Shown: positions 11,142 through 23,240 of the stretch, piece by piece
How the letters are laid out: each line of letters starts with the position of its first letter
Numbering within the stretch: position 1 is the first letter of the stretch
Source of the DNA: Azolla caroliniana
Taxonomy: Eukaryota > Plantae > Polypodiophyta
Length of the DNA: 64,000 nt
Reading direction: 5' to 3'
Assembly (NCBI GenBank): GCA_043228905.1
Contig: JBHGNT010000006.1
Coordinates: forward strand, 15,996,001 to 16,060,000
Notes under the pieces: generated by a model
What the model saw: only the letters and a program-made list of their open reading frames with translations
Database searches by the model: none
Told to the model about the DNA's origin: nothing
Position numbers and translations under genes: made by a program

Positions 11142-11560
11142 TGTTACCGGCCGGCAAGGAGTCCAAAATACGGAGTGAAGGAATTAATTAAGTATGGTTG
11201 TAAATAAGCCTAGTATGGACGGACGGACTGGAAACGGTATGCCGTTCCAGATCCGGACGGATCCCGAATAGGTGCGTTAGGCACCGTTTTGTACTACGGG
11301 CCGGAAACCTATTTAAAGGCCCGGACCCCATTGTAATCGCAGCGGATAATTAATAGAGCATATGGTGTTTATACTTCTGTGTTGATTTCCGTTCTGTACT
11401 TACTGTTATATCTTACGCGTGTAATTAACAAAAGCGATCTAATCGTGTAACCTACGTAAGTCGGTGTAATCGTTGAGTCATACTCCTATGCCGTAGCCAC
11501 CCTTTGGTGAAGTGTCTCCATGACACCTTGTGTTAGGCCTTGTCCGGTCAGAGAATAACA
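11142..11560 (+). repeat. A1 3' LTR
   Basis: Near-identical to 1702-2120; I noticed one mismatch (2080 G vs 11520 A). Confidence 0.97.
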
Positions 11561-13694
11561 TGTTGCATCCCTGGTCGGTGCTGGATTATGAAATTGAATT
11601 CTTGAAGCAACAACATCCATCGTGCCAATTTCCCCGTCAGGGCTTGTTTCTCCACCAAATACAGTAGCGCCGAATGATCCACGTGGAACATGAATTTCCT
11701 CCTTAGTAAATAATGCCGGAATTTATTGATGCTATAGATCATCCCTAGTGCCTCCCGCTCCATTGTGGAATAGTTACGCTCTGCTGTTGATAATTTGCGA
11801 CTAGCGTAGTACACTGGCTGGTACCAGTTTGGTTCGGTGAGCTGCATTAGTGCACTTCCTATTGCTATGTCCGAGGCGTCGACGAACACGTGGAATGGCT
11901 TCGCCCAAACTGGTGGTTGTACGACGGGGGCCTGTGTGAGCATTATCTTAAGTGCCTCATAGGCCTTGTCCTCCGTTGCGGTCCATTGGAAGGGAGTCCG
12001 ATGCACGACAGAATGTAACGGCGTGGCGAAGTCCGCCAAATATCGTATCATCTGACTATGCCACCGTATTTGTCCTAAAAACCGGTCGAGTGATTTCGCA
12101 TTTGTCGAAGTTTTGGCTTGCGTAATCGTGGAGATCTTGTTCGGATCGACCACTATTCCCTCCTTGCTGACTATATGGCCGAAGAGAGTCCCACTGGTCA
12201 CGCCGAAAGCACATTTCGCGGGATTCAAGCTTAAGCGTGCGGTGCGGCAACATTCCAGCACAGTTGCAGGTACATAAAATGGTCTATTGTTCTCCCATAT
12301 ACCGCAAAGTCGTCTAAAAGAAACTTGCACGAACGCCAGAATGTATTCCCCAAATATCTCTGTAATTGTCCGTTGAAATGTTGCCGGCGCTGTCTTTAGC
12401 CCGAACATCATGATGATTGCCACATAGACTCCCCAGTCCGTGACAAATGCCGTCTTTTCTTGGTCCTCGGGATGCATGCGTACTTGGTTATACCCAATGA
12501 AGCCATCTAAAAAACTGTACATCTCATGTCCTGCGACGACGTCTAGTACGCTATCGGTGAATGGTAAAGGGAATGCGTCCGTAATGGTTACGACGTTTAA
12601 TTTTCGGTAATCCACGCATACCCGTATTTTGCCGTTTTTCTTTGGAATGACCACTATCGGGCTTAACCATGTGGCTTGTTTAACTGGCTGTATGAACCCC
12701 GCCTTCAGGAGTTTGTCAATTTGTTCTTTTACGCGGGTCGCATAGTTCGGGTTCATGCGGTAGCGGCGCTGTTGGACGGGTTTTGCGTTGGTTGCTAAAT
12801 TGATCTTATGCTGAAAGAACTTGGGATCTAACCCCGTCATGTCCTCATGAGCCCAAGAGAACACATCTTTATATTTCTTGAGTAGTGCGATCATCGTGTT
12901 TCTCTAGTTTGGCCTTAATTCCTTTGCGATGGAGAGGAAACGGGGTTCCGACTCCGTACCCACATTTACTTCTTCTAGGGCGGAGGCGGTGACTCGTCGT
13001 GAAATTTCCATTTCCCTTTCAAATGCCGCCCGTGTTCTATTGAGTTCCAATATGGACTCTAGGTTTGGTTCGTAAGCCTCGTCGTGGAGAATAGTGGTCG
13101 TGGCATATTCTGCCGTGGTTGCGATGACGTCGATTTCGAACAACGGAATGATCCGAGGGTGCTCATCTAGGTATGCCACTAATTTTGCATCCTCCACCCT
13201 AGCCAACATATTTATATCTTCTACGTATAATGGTGTTATACCCTTGGGTTGTGGCGTGCTTCCTTCTGTAGGTACGCGAACCTTAGTGCGTCCGTGTCGG
13301 AAACTGATACACTTGTGTTGCCAGCTCTGCTTGATATTTGTTGCCTGAAGCCATGGTCTACCTAGAAGCACTAGGTACGCCCTTGGGGCGTCCAAGGCGA
13401 GGACGACCGCCGAGATGTCGAAGCGATGTCCGCCCACGATAATGCCTATCTTGCGAATTAACCCCAATGGTCGTACTAAGCGGGTATCTGCCATTCGGAG
13501 CTAGAATGGGCAAACCTCCCATTCTGAAATGCCTAACTGCTTGCAAGTTTACGCGCTAATTACATTGATGCCTGAGCCGCCATCGATAACGCATCCAGGA
13601 ATTTCCTGTTCGTGTAATATTAATGTAATAGCCGGGTTGTGGTGATCCACTACAGGCGGTCCGTCGCTAACGTCTATAAGGTTTGTAGCGACGT
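11561..13694 (-). pseudogene. Element H PR-RT-RNase H region, degraded
   Basis: VIDGGSG, KKNGKIRVCVDYRKLN, FLDGF, VDASDIAIG; frameshifts and stops. Confidence 0.92.
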
Positions 13695-14491
13695 TGTCGT
13701 AGTGTAATTCGCGCACTACGTGAAAAATTACATTTTTGGTTTCTCCGGATAGGATATGGAGTACCCAGTGAGAACCGGAAGGAAGAATCGGTGAGGACCG
13801 AAACCGGTAAGGAGACCCGACAAGAGCTGGATGAAGAAGGCTGGTGAGAGTCGATGAGAAACGGACAAAGAGGACCAGTAAGGAGGATCCAGTAAGAACT
13901 AGATAAAGAAAACCGGCGAGAACCGGATGAAGCAGAACTGGCAAGAGCCGGATGAAGAAGGCGGGTGAGAGTCTCTCACCAGATGAAGAGACATATTTGT
14001 AAATAGAAGAAAGTATAAAATTATATATTACATGCATAGGGCAAGATTCGAACCTTGCACCTCCATGGTAATAATGTTAAGCCTTATCATTATACTAGCA
14101 TATTATGAATTTTAAAGTTATACTAAAAGCTAATCATGCACGTGCAGTGTGCATGAAAACTAAAATTAGGAAAAGCAAGATGCTTGCATGTCATAAACTT
14201 AGACTCTTCCAACACTATATAAGGAAGAGAGAAAGATGTATAGAGGTTGTTGATTATTTTACAAGGGTTGATTAATATAATATAATCGTGGGATCCACGA
14301 GTTTGCTGACTATTTTTCTCTCTTAACTCACTAATACACTATACTCGTGGGATTCACGAGTTTTTCATATCTTTCTTTCTTACAATATATTTCATATTCT
14401 TAATTGCCTTAGAATTTTCTTTCCTCCTAGTCCAAAACCCCAGCGGTTCCCAACCGACTCACGCAACGATCCGGAGCCGAAAGGCATGACA
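13695..14491 (+). repeat. C1 5' LTR
   Basis: TGTCGTAG...CATGACA; direct repeat of 39158-39962; TATATAA at ~14216. Confidence 0.93.
14041..14100 (-). promoter_or_regulatory. Degenerate tRNA-derived Pol III A/B-box segment inside the C1 LTR (copy at ~39504-39563)
   Basis: Minus strand TAGTATAATGA...32 nt...GGTTCGAATC with GCAAG/CTTGC stem; homologous to 45080-45133. Confidence 0.55.
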
Positions 14492-14495
14492 CAAG

Positions 14496-14513
14496 TGGTG
14501 AACCTGACGTGAA
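14496..14513 (+). promoter_or_regulatory. C1 PBS, tRNA-Trp
   Basis: TGGTGAACCTGACGTGAA, complementary to recalled plant tRNA-Trp 3' end ...UUCACGUCGGGUUCACCA; same site in C2. Confidence 0.85.
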
Positions 14514-16556
14514 AACGGGTGGCAAGGAGATGGAAAATCAACCGGAGGCTAACAATATGATGATGATGTTCGAGCGGATGCTTCAAGAACAACGTGCGAT
14601 GTCGAAGATAGCGGCGGGAGTAGAGCGGCTCGTGCAATGGATCGGGCAATTCAACGGGAAGGATGTATTGCGCTATCTTCGGGACTACAAGGCGGAAATT
14701 ATACGATGCGGGATTTCGGAAGGACTGCAAGTGACATCCTTCAACCGGGTAGCTACTGACGGGCTTCAAGTAAGTATCCACGTGCTACGATAACAAAATC
14801 CGACGTGGGAAGCATTTGAAGAGGCGCTAAAGACCACGTTCGCTATCGAGGACTCCTCCAAGGCAACGCGGAGAGGATTCGAGGATTGGGTAGAAACGCT
14901 GGACAAGGGGATGAAGGTCCTCGGGGTGTTTTCGGCATTCGAAAGTCGGTTCGGGAGGTTGTCTGCGAGAGATCAAGCTATCCTAGCACCGGACAAAGTT
15001 ATCATGTTCTTACGAGCCGTAGACGTCCGGGACCGGAAGGATCTTGGAGTGCTTCTAGAGGACACGATTACCGAGAGTGGCCTCACCGAAACATGGGAAA
15101 GCGTGTGGGATATCGACGCGCGATACACAAAGAGGGGGCAATGGCTTGCTAACGGAGAAAAGAGGGTTTCGGAACCGATTCCGAAACCGAGATCTGGATC
15201 GGAAGACCATCAACCGCGGGCTCGGGAAGCTACGACTGAGAAGGGAATCGACGCAACTACGGTGGAGCAGTTGCTGAAGGAGATGGAGAATCTAAAAATT
15301 GCGATGGTGAAGAAGCCGGATGACCGTCCCACAAGTTCCGAGTATATGGACTGTTGATGCATATGGTGCGATAACACCGAACATGATCGGAGGGATTGCG
15401 ACGAGTACAAGGAAGCGCTACGATAGGATCTTATCTACTATGAGGGAAATCGGATTCATTCGATGGACTCTCGGAAGCCGCTCCGACCGAACTTCTGAAA
15501 AGGGGGCATGAAGAAGGTCTTAGAGGAGTAATTACGCGACAACCATGGGAATACGTGTCGGGGAGTCATCGGGAGCAAAGGTGTCTTTTTGGCCGGAAGT
15601 ACTAGAAAACACCGAGAAAACCGACTCTAACGAGATCCGAAGCACCGCAGAAGGCATCCAGGAAGCTACGGGATGGGAGTGCCCTGTCGATAAGAATAGC
15701 GTATACGCCCTATGTCAATTACATGAGGTATATGTGGACGAGAAGCGGTGACGCACGGAGGATGCGGCTGGACCATCGAAGACATCGGAAAGCTGGAACT
15801 CCGACGGAAGAGGGAAAGGAAAAATGATTCCGGCATTCAAGCTCGCCTCGGACATCGAACAACAAACGGACTTGAAAAAGGTGTTCGAGGAGAGAATCCT
15901 TGACAACCGGGTAGATTTTTTGCTTCGGGAACTACTCGGAATAGCAAAAAAAGAGTTCCATGATCTTATTGTGGATCTCGTAAAAAGAAAAAAACAAAAC
16001 TACGGAGGAAAATGTGCCGATGGTGAATGCAAATACCGTTCTGATGAACGACACTGAAGTGGAGGACGAGATTCCGAATTCCCACTATACAAAGCCACAC
16101 TGGGCGTGTGCAACTACGGAGACTCCGGTCCGAATCGGCAACATCAAAGAGCCCGTGCTAGCATTGATTGATCACGGATCGGAGATGAATTTGATATCCA
16201 AAGACTTCTACCGGAAGGGGAAGTGGCCTATTAACACCAATCATGGATGGAAGATCCGGGCGGCCACTAAAGCAATGGAAGATCTATTTGCGGCTTGTCC
16301 GGATGTGACGATGAAGATCGGGGATGTTGAAATCGACCAAAATTTCTTCATACAAGACGAGGTCTCACACTCTGTGATCCTCGGGCAACCCTTTATCATG
16401 GAATCACGAATGGAGACGAAGGTGCTCGATAGCGGTGCGGCATTTGCACGAATTCGGAGCCAAAACGGAGGGAAATCTGTCCAATTCCTAACGGTGCCGG
16501 CAAATCATGAAAGGAAAGAGAGAGAGCTCTTCTCCCAAACAAGAATGGATTTTTAG
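14509..16556 (+). pseudogene. C1 gag-protease, degraded
   Basis: Fragments homologous to C2 gag; CxWCD...H...C knuckle; PR motif ALIDHGSEMNL; ends ...MDF-TAG. Confidence 0.85.
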
Positions 16557-19219
16557 AGCGGACTGTTGCGGAGTGGGGAAGTGATAGTTTGAGAAGCCCT
16601 GATACCCCACACAGGAAGAAACCTCTTGGTGCAAAACAAGTATGAATCGGTCCGGATGGGGCATCCACGTACATGGCCGTAACCGGAGGAATGAAGAAAG
16701 AATACCAAAAAGTGGAGGATAAGTTACGGTCGGCATCAATAATAAAAGAAGGCGAAGAAATCATGGGAATAGTCGAAGAAGTGTTCTATGGGAGCACACT
16801 ACAACATCTTGAAGAGCTCGCGGAAGATACAAGCCAGGGAAACCGAGTAATTCTGGTGGAGTCGGTCCAGATGTACGAGATCATTTTGAAAATGGGGCCG
16901 GATGCGATCCACAAAGAAGAAGCAATGGTAAGTACGAAATACAAGACCGTGGAGAAGAAAGTGAAATCGGTCGCGGGACCGTTACCCGCAAATAGCGAAC
17001 AAAAGAGGAAAGAAGTCTCGGGGGATCCGACACTTCAGAAGTCCATGGATATCGGACATGCCTTCACGGATGAGACCCGGAAGAAACTTCGGATCGGTGG
17101 AGGTGGGTTCCTATTAAAGAATGAAGAAGAACGATTCTGTGGGATGCTAGAGCGACATGGGAGAGCATTTGCATTTACATCGAAAGAAATAGGATGCGCT
17201 GACCCGAAGATAGTGGAGCCGATGGTGATCTTCACGATTGACCATGTGCCGTGGAACCTGAAGCTGATTCCGGTGCCACGGGCGCATATTCCGAAAATCA
17301 TCGACTTGCTCAAGGAGAAGGTGGTGATGGGGATTCTAGAGCCGTCAAATGCTCCGTACTCAAATCGATGGTTTACGGTTCCAAAGAAGAATGGGTCACT
17401 CCGATTTATTCAAGATTTGCAACCGGTGAACAAGGTCACGATCCGGAACTCCGGAGTCGGTCCGATAGTGGACGAATTTGCGGAAGCATTTTCCGGTCGC
17501 GCGATATACTCCATCGGAGACCTATACTCCGGATATGACCATGGAAGGATGCGCGGTAGAAGAAAAAGATGAAACTATGGATGATCGGGGATGCCGAAAG
17601 TTCGTAGTCGACCATATTCGCGATTGCAAGAAAGTGCTTCGAAAGTTAGAAGATGTGCACCTAACACTTTCCGATGAGAAATCAGCATTTGGGCAAGAAG
17701 AAATATTGGTAGTCGGACATCTATGTGGGCCCTATGGCCGAAGACCGTCACCAACCAAGATCGACGTGATTCAAGCTATGAAAGAAGTATGCGAGTCACA
17801 ATCCGAAGTTCGAAGGTTTCTTGGAGCATGTGCATTCTACCACATATGGATTCCGCACTATGCACATATAGAGGACCCACTCTATCACTTGTTGCGGAAG
17901 GGTAAGAAGTTTGAATGGAAACCGGAGCATACCAAAGTCGTGAAGAAGCTCAAGAAATCACTACGGAGGGCAAAAGCACTAAAGAAGCCGAACTATGACC
18001 GACTGATCATAGTAACGGTTGACACAAGTCCAACCGGAATCGGATGGGTCATCAATCAAGCCGATTCGGAAAGTTCGCGATATCCGATACGATTCGGAGC
18101 AAAGGTTCTCAACAAAAGGCAACGCGGATATGCACAAGTTAAAAGAGAATTATGGGGAGTCGTGTCAGCAATCAAATCGGATCAAGATTATTTGATCGGA
18201 GCCGAAGTAGTGATCGAAACGGATTGTCTTCCGATACTCGGGATGATGCGGTGTTGCACGATACCGGATGTGGCTATGCTAAGATGGATTCCATATGTTA
18301 AGTCGCTTAATCCAGAGGTACGACACATCTCCGGAAAAGACAACGCGGTAGTGGATATGTTACCAAGGGCGCGGTTCGGAGATAACATAACCGAATTCGA
18401 TAATGAAGAAGTTTCTGAAGACTACTTTGCTTCGGAGCACATATGCCGGGTGAACGTAATCCGAGAATTCCGGGAAGAAGAATACGAGGGAGAAAGCTTG
18501 CTGATCGAGAAAGTGCTATAGGAAATCGAGGAATCATCGGACAATAAAGAGAAGAGAGACGAGATCCAAAGTAAGAGGCGGCAAGTCCGGAAGTTCTTCT
18601 TGAAAAATGGATTGCTATGGAGGGAGCCGAAAAGACCGGATGGCATACCACTTCGAGTAGTCGGGACAAAAGAGCAACGAAAGCGGATAATGTCTGAATT
18701 TCACGAATCTGATTGGGCTGGACATCGAGGAACATGGGCAACCTTTATGAAAATCAAACAAAAATATTGGTGGAAGAACATGTACAAAGATATAACAGAG
18801 TTCACGGAAAGATGGGAGAAGTGTCAAATCTACTCCGGAGTTCGACACCGAGATGAGTTACATCCGACATTCTCACCAACAATCAACTTCAAATGGATGG
18901 TCGATATTGTAGCCATGCCAACCGAGATCAGACAAAAGAAGTACTTGGTGTTAGCTCGGGAAGATCTCACAAACCAAGTACAAGGTTGGGGGCTACAGAG
19001 GAAAACGTGTTCTACGGTATGCCAATTCCTTTTGGAAGAAGTGTTTTGCAGGTACGGGTGCGTAGGACAAGTGATTGTGGATCGGGGAGAACTCGACTCT
19101 GATAAAGCTAAGGAATTCTTCACTGAACATGGAGTTCGGTTAACACTGACAACAACATACAATTCGAAAGCCAACGGGAAGATCGAACAAGGACATAGTC
19201 CGATTGTCAAAGCACTTGC
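16553..19219 (+). pseudogene. C1 pol (RT with internal deletion, RNase H, integrase 5' part) in the -1 frame
   Basis: KKNGSLRFIQDLQPVN, GDLYSGYD, TVDTSPTGIG, WAGHRG, WMVDIV. Confidence 0.88.
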
Positions 19220-19250
19220 TGTTAGGAAACAGGTCCCTCCGGATGGGAAG

Positions 19251-19385
19251 TGAGAACCAGATGAGGAGTACCCGGCTATGGAGGACCCGGTGAGAACCGG
19301 ATGAGGAATACCCAGCTACGGAGGACCCGGTGAGAACCGGATGAGGAGTACCTGGCAAGAGTCGGATGGTGAAGACCCGGTGAGA
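19251..19385 (+). repeat. 40-bp tandem repeat in Copia U3
   Basis: TGAGAACCGGATGAGGAGTACCCGGCTAYGGAGGACCCGG units at 19251, 19291 and 19331; similar arrays in the other D LTRs. Confidence 0.85.
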
Positions 19386-19559
19386 AGTGCTCATCGGACG
19401 AAGGGACATATTCGTAAATATATTTCCTGAGAGGCCATCGGGGCTATATTTGTAAATAGCCGAAAAGTCATATTAGTATAAATAGGACTTAGGGCAAACT
19501 TAGTATAATAGAGTTGTTGTCATTCTTGTTGGTGCAAGACTAGAGAGCGCGTAACAGTG

Positions 19560-19562
<3 letters not shown>

Positions 19563-19618
<56 letters not shown>
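19563..19618 (+). repeat. (AG)n microsatellite in Copia LTR
   Basis: Pure AG run; much shorter in the other two D LTRs. Confidence 0.95.
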
Positions 19619-19621
<3 letters not shown>

Positions 19622-19897
19622 GAGGTCGTTGCCTCTGTTGTAACCGCCGCCTGTGGCGAAGATCGTGAGTGCGAGGTCATTGCCTCTGTGAGCTCACTGT
19701 TGTAATCATTGTGATATAGTGATAGTTTGGAGTCTGTGGAATCCCCTGGTTTTTCCCCTTTCAGGGTTTTCCACGTTAAACATCCAGTGTACTCTTCTCT
19801 CCTTCTGTCGGGCGTTCATTATCCATTTTCTGTGTTTGATCTTAGACACGGTTGTGGCCGAGCGTGGTTCATTGGGAGCGTGTAGTTCCTGTCAAAG

Positions 19898-19909
19898 TGG
19901 TATCAGTGC
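19898..19909 (+). promoter_or_regulatory. D1 PBS, initiator tRNA-Met
   Basis: TGGTATCAGTGC (consensus TGGTATCAGAGC). Confidence 0.9.
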
Positions 19910-19925
19910 GAAACAACAAAGGAAA

Positions 19926-22724
19926 ATGGACGATTCGTTGGGAGGCATGTTCAAGCTTACCGGCTCAAACTATTCGGTGTGGAAGTCGAAGATGAGGGAC
20001 ATGCTCGTGGTTAAAGATCTTTGGTTTCCGGTCCAGTTCGGGGACAAGAGACCGGACAAAATGGACGCCACGATATGGGAGGTGATGCACATGAAGACAA
20101 CGGCATACATACGGTGCTTCATCGACATGAGCCTATACAACAACTTCAATGAAGAGCGCAAGGCTCATGAGCTCTAGGAGAAGATCAGCATTATGTTTCA
20201 GAACAAAAATGTTGTTAACCAGGTTTTGGTATTCCGGAAGCTAGTAAGACTCCGGTACCAAGATGGCTCTAGCATGGCGGAGCACATGAATGCCTTCCAG
20301 GCGCTGATGCACCAGGCAACATCATTGGAAGTACCTCTCGCCGACGAGGTACTAGCGCTACTCTTGCTCGGTTCCCTCCCGGATAGCTGGGAGATGTTGG
20401 TTGTCACTTTGGGCAACGCTGGGCCAGAAGGGAAACGGTTATCCCTAGCAAGAGTGAAGTCGAGCTTGCTAGATGAGGAGGCGCGTCGGAAAGATAAAGA
20501 TATGACCTCCAACTCCAAAGCGCTCCTTACTGAATCGGAATGCGGAAGACAAAGAAACCGTAGTCCCCAGAACCGGGAAAAGTCGGGGACACAGTCAAAG
20601 TCAAGGGGGAGGCCTTCTTGCTTCTATTGCGGCAAGCAAGGACACTTCCAGAAGAACTTTCGGCATTTCCAGAAAGACAAGGAAACCGACGGTACCGATC
20701 CGAAGCGGACACCGGACCGGAACGGTAAAGACCGGAGGGGAAGGGACGGGAAGGGGACGACGGCAATCGCGGCAAGTGAAGAAGAGTTGATGCTCATCAC
20801 CGAGGAGAGTGAGTTGAACCTTGTTGGCAAAGAGACAACATGGGTTGTTGATTCCGGAGCGCCGTTCCACCTTACCCCGGACCGTAAATACTTCTCATCC
20901 TACACAGCCGGTCATCACGGTTGTGACCGGATGGGGAGTGAAGGTACATGCCGAATTGTCGGCATAGGAGACGTGTGGTTGACAACACCAACCGGATGCA
21001 AGCTGCTGCTGAAGGATGGCCGACATGTTCTGGAGGTTCGTCTGAACCTGATATCAGCCGGTCGGCTAGATGATGAAGGCTACATGGGTAGCATCCCGAA
21101 CGGTGTTATGAAGTCCGACAAAGGGAACCTGATTGTGGCTCGGGCCGGGAAGGTAAACACGTTGTACCTAATGAATGCCCGGTTGTGCTCGGAAGACGTG
21201 AATGTAGCATCCGACACTGCCGATGAGCTGTGGCACAAGAGGCTGTGTCACATGAGTGAGAAGGGGATGAAGAGGCTTGCAGACGACAACCTCATTCCAG
21301 TGAAGAACGTGCACTTGGAGAAGTGCACTGATTGTCTAGCTGGTAAACAAAACCGGACCTCCTTCCGATCAAAGCCACCGATGAGATGTAATGCACCACT
21401 GGAGTTGGTGCATACTGATGTATGTCAAGTGGACATGAAGTCGCATGCAGGATCGCAGTACTTCGTGACGTTCATAGATGACCATAGCCGTAAGCTGTGG
21501 GCCACACCATTGAAGACGACGGATCAGGAGCTATCTGTCTTCAAAGAGCTCCATGCAAGAGTGGAAAGAGAAACCGGCCGGAAGCTAAAGGCGGTTCGAG
21601 CAGATAACGGAGGTGAATACCGTGGACAGTTCGAGGAGTACTGTCACTCGAAGGGAATCCGGCTCGAATTTACCGTGCCGAAGACGCCGGAACTAAACGG
21701 GCTGGCCGAAGGGATGAACCAGACCATAATGGAGAGGGTCCGGAGTATGCTCGCGCATGCAAAAGTACCCAAGAAGTTTTGGGCTGAGGCACTGTCGACG
21801 ACGACATATGTGATAAATAGATCACCCTCAATACCCTTGGACGGAGACACGCCATAGAGAGTATGGACCGGAAAGGAAGTGTCCTACCGCCATCTAAAGG
21901 TGTTCGGGTGTCTCGTGTACGTGCATGTTGCTAAGGACCGTAGAGGAAAGCTAGATCCAAAGACCCGGCCATGCATATTCCTCGGTTACGGCACTGATGA
22001 GTTCGGCTACCGAGTGTAGGACCTGGTCGACAAGAAGGTATTCCGGAGTCGACATATTATCTTCATGGAGGATAAGACGCTCGCCGACTGGGAGTCGGAG
22101 AAGAAGATAATGAACTCTGAGTCGACTGGTAAGGATCGATTCTCCGATGAGCAGACCCAAACGATAAGAGACCGGTTAGCACTCGAGGAACCAACTGGTT
22201 ACGGTGAGTATACCGAACCGGCAGAAGAAGAAGTAAAGGAAGCTAAAACCGGAACTGGCGAAGACCCCGATTCGGATTTGGATGAAGAGCAAATGGAGGA
22301 GCCTGTTACCGAAGCCCAAAGACAGAGATATCCTCTCAGAGAGAGAAGGCCCCCCCAGAGATATCCGGATGCAGAGCATGTGCTGCTAACCGATGAGGGG
22401 GAGCCAGGAAGCTTCGAAGAAGTGAAGGATGACACCCACAACTGAAAATGGTTAAGTGCCATGCAGGATGAAATGGATTCCCTGCATGAGAACCATACAT
22501 ACGAATTGGTGGAGTTGCCGAAAGGAAAGTGGGCACTCCGAAACAAGTGGGTGTACAAGTTGAAACTGGGAGATGCCGGCAACCCCCCGAGATACAAAGC
22601 CAAGATCGTGGTGAAGGGGTTCCACCAAAAGGAGGGCGTGGACTTCGACAAAATATTTGCCCCGGTAGTAAAGATGACCTCCATCCGGAGGGTGCTGAGT
22701 ATAGCGGCAGGCATGGACCTCGAG
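19926..22724 (+). pseudogene. D1 Copia gag-PR-INT-RT(5') polyprotein, degraded
   Basis: KLTGSNYSVWK, CFYCGKQGH, WVVDSGA, LWHKRLCH, LELVHTD, RADNGGEY; several stops. Confidence 0.93.
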
Positions 22725-23181
22725 TGTTACCCGGACCCAGACAATCAGTTTTACCGAACAAGTGGGAAATCGTCGAAAACAGAGTCGGTTCGGATCGACT
22801 GTTCGGATCAATGACTCAGCAGTAAACGAAGAGAACTAAGTTAGTTAGATAATTTTGTAAATCTTGATAGTAAGTAGGAATAGTTCTTGATGAGAAAAGA
22901 CCTTCGGTATACCTATAAAAGGGAACCGAAGACATTGTAAGAAAGGTCGTTTTATTTAGTAATATAAGTTTAAGTTAGGAATATCTTGTACGGATTCTGT
23001 GTTCCTTCTATTGTCTATGATCTTAAGTGTAAGCTTCCTAATTTATAACTAAGTAACGATCACGGTAATTACCGATTAATATAGTATAATTCCGTTCGTA
23101 AAACACAATTCCTTGTTAGAACGTTGAGTAGCGACGTTCACTCTTCTGTATCGGTAGTAGTTAGTAATTAGCCGATTAACA
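22725..23181 (+). repeat. B1 5' LTR
   Basis: TGTTACC...ATTAACA; repeat of 31661-32117. Confidence 0.96.
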
Positions 23182-23192
23182 CAGAAGAATTT

Positions 23193-23205
23193 TGGCACGC
23201 CCGGT
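23193..23205 (+). promoter_or_regulatory. B1 PBS, tRNA-Arg(UCU)-type, 11 nt from the LTR
   Basis: TGGCACGCCCGGT; resembles the TGGCACGCCC-type Arg PBS recalled for Ogre/Tat elements. Confidence 0.75.
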
Positions 23206-23240
23206 TACATCTGCAATTAAGCAGAGAACAATTCGAATGG

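Larger units (their letters stand above)
1702..11560 (+). mobile_element. Full-length Ty3/Gypsy (non-chromovirus-type) LTR retrotransposon A1
   Basis: 419-bp TG...CA LTRs, TSD TGTTG (1697-1701 and 11561-11565), domain order gag-PR-RT-RH-INT, plus extra ORF; no chromodomain seen. Confidence 0.97.
19220..19894 (+). repeat. D1 5' LTR
   Basis: TGTTAGG...CCTGTCA; homologous to 33358-33970 and 38040-38729. Confidence 0.93.

Noticed and set aside
19251-19385. Regularly spaced repeats resembling a CRISPR array
   Set aside because: 40-bp tandem units with no unique spacers, inside a eukaryotic Copia LTR; no cas genes.
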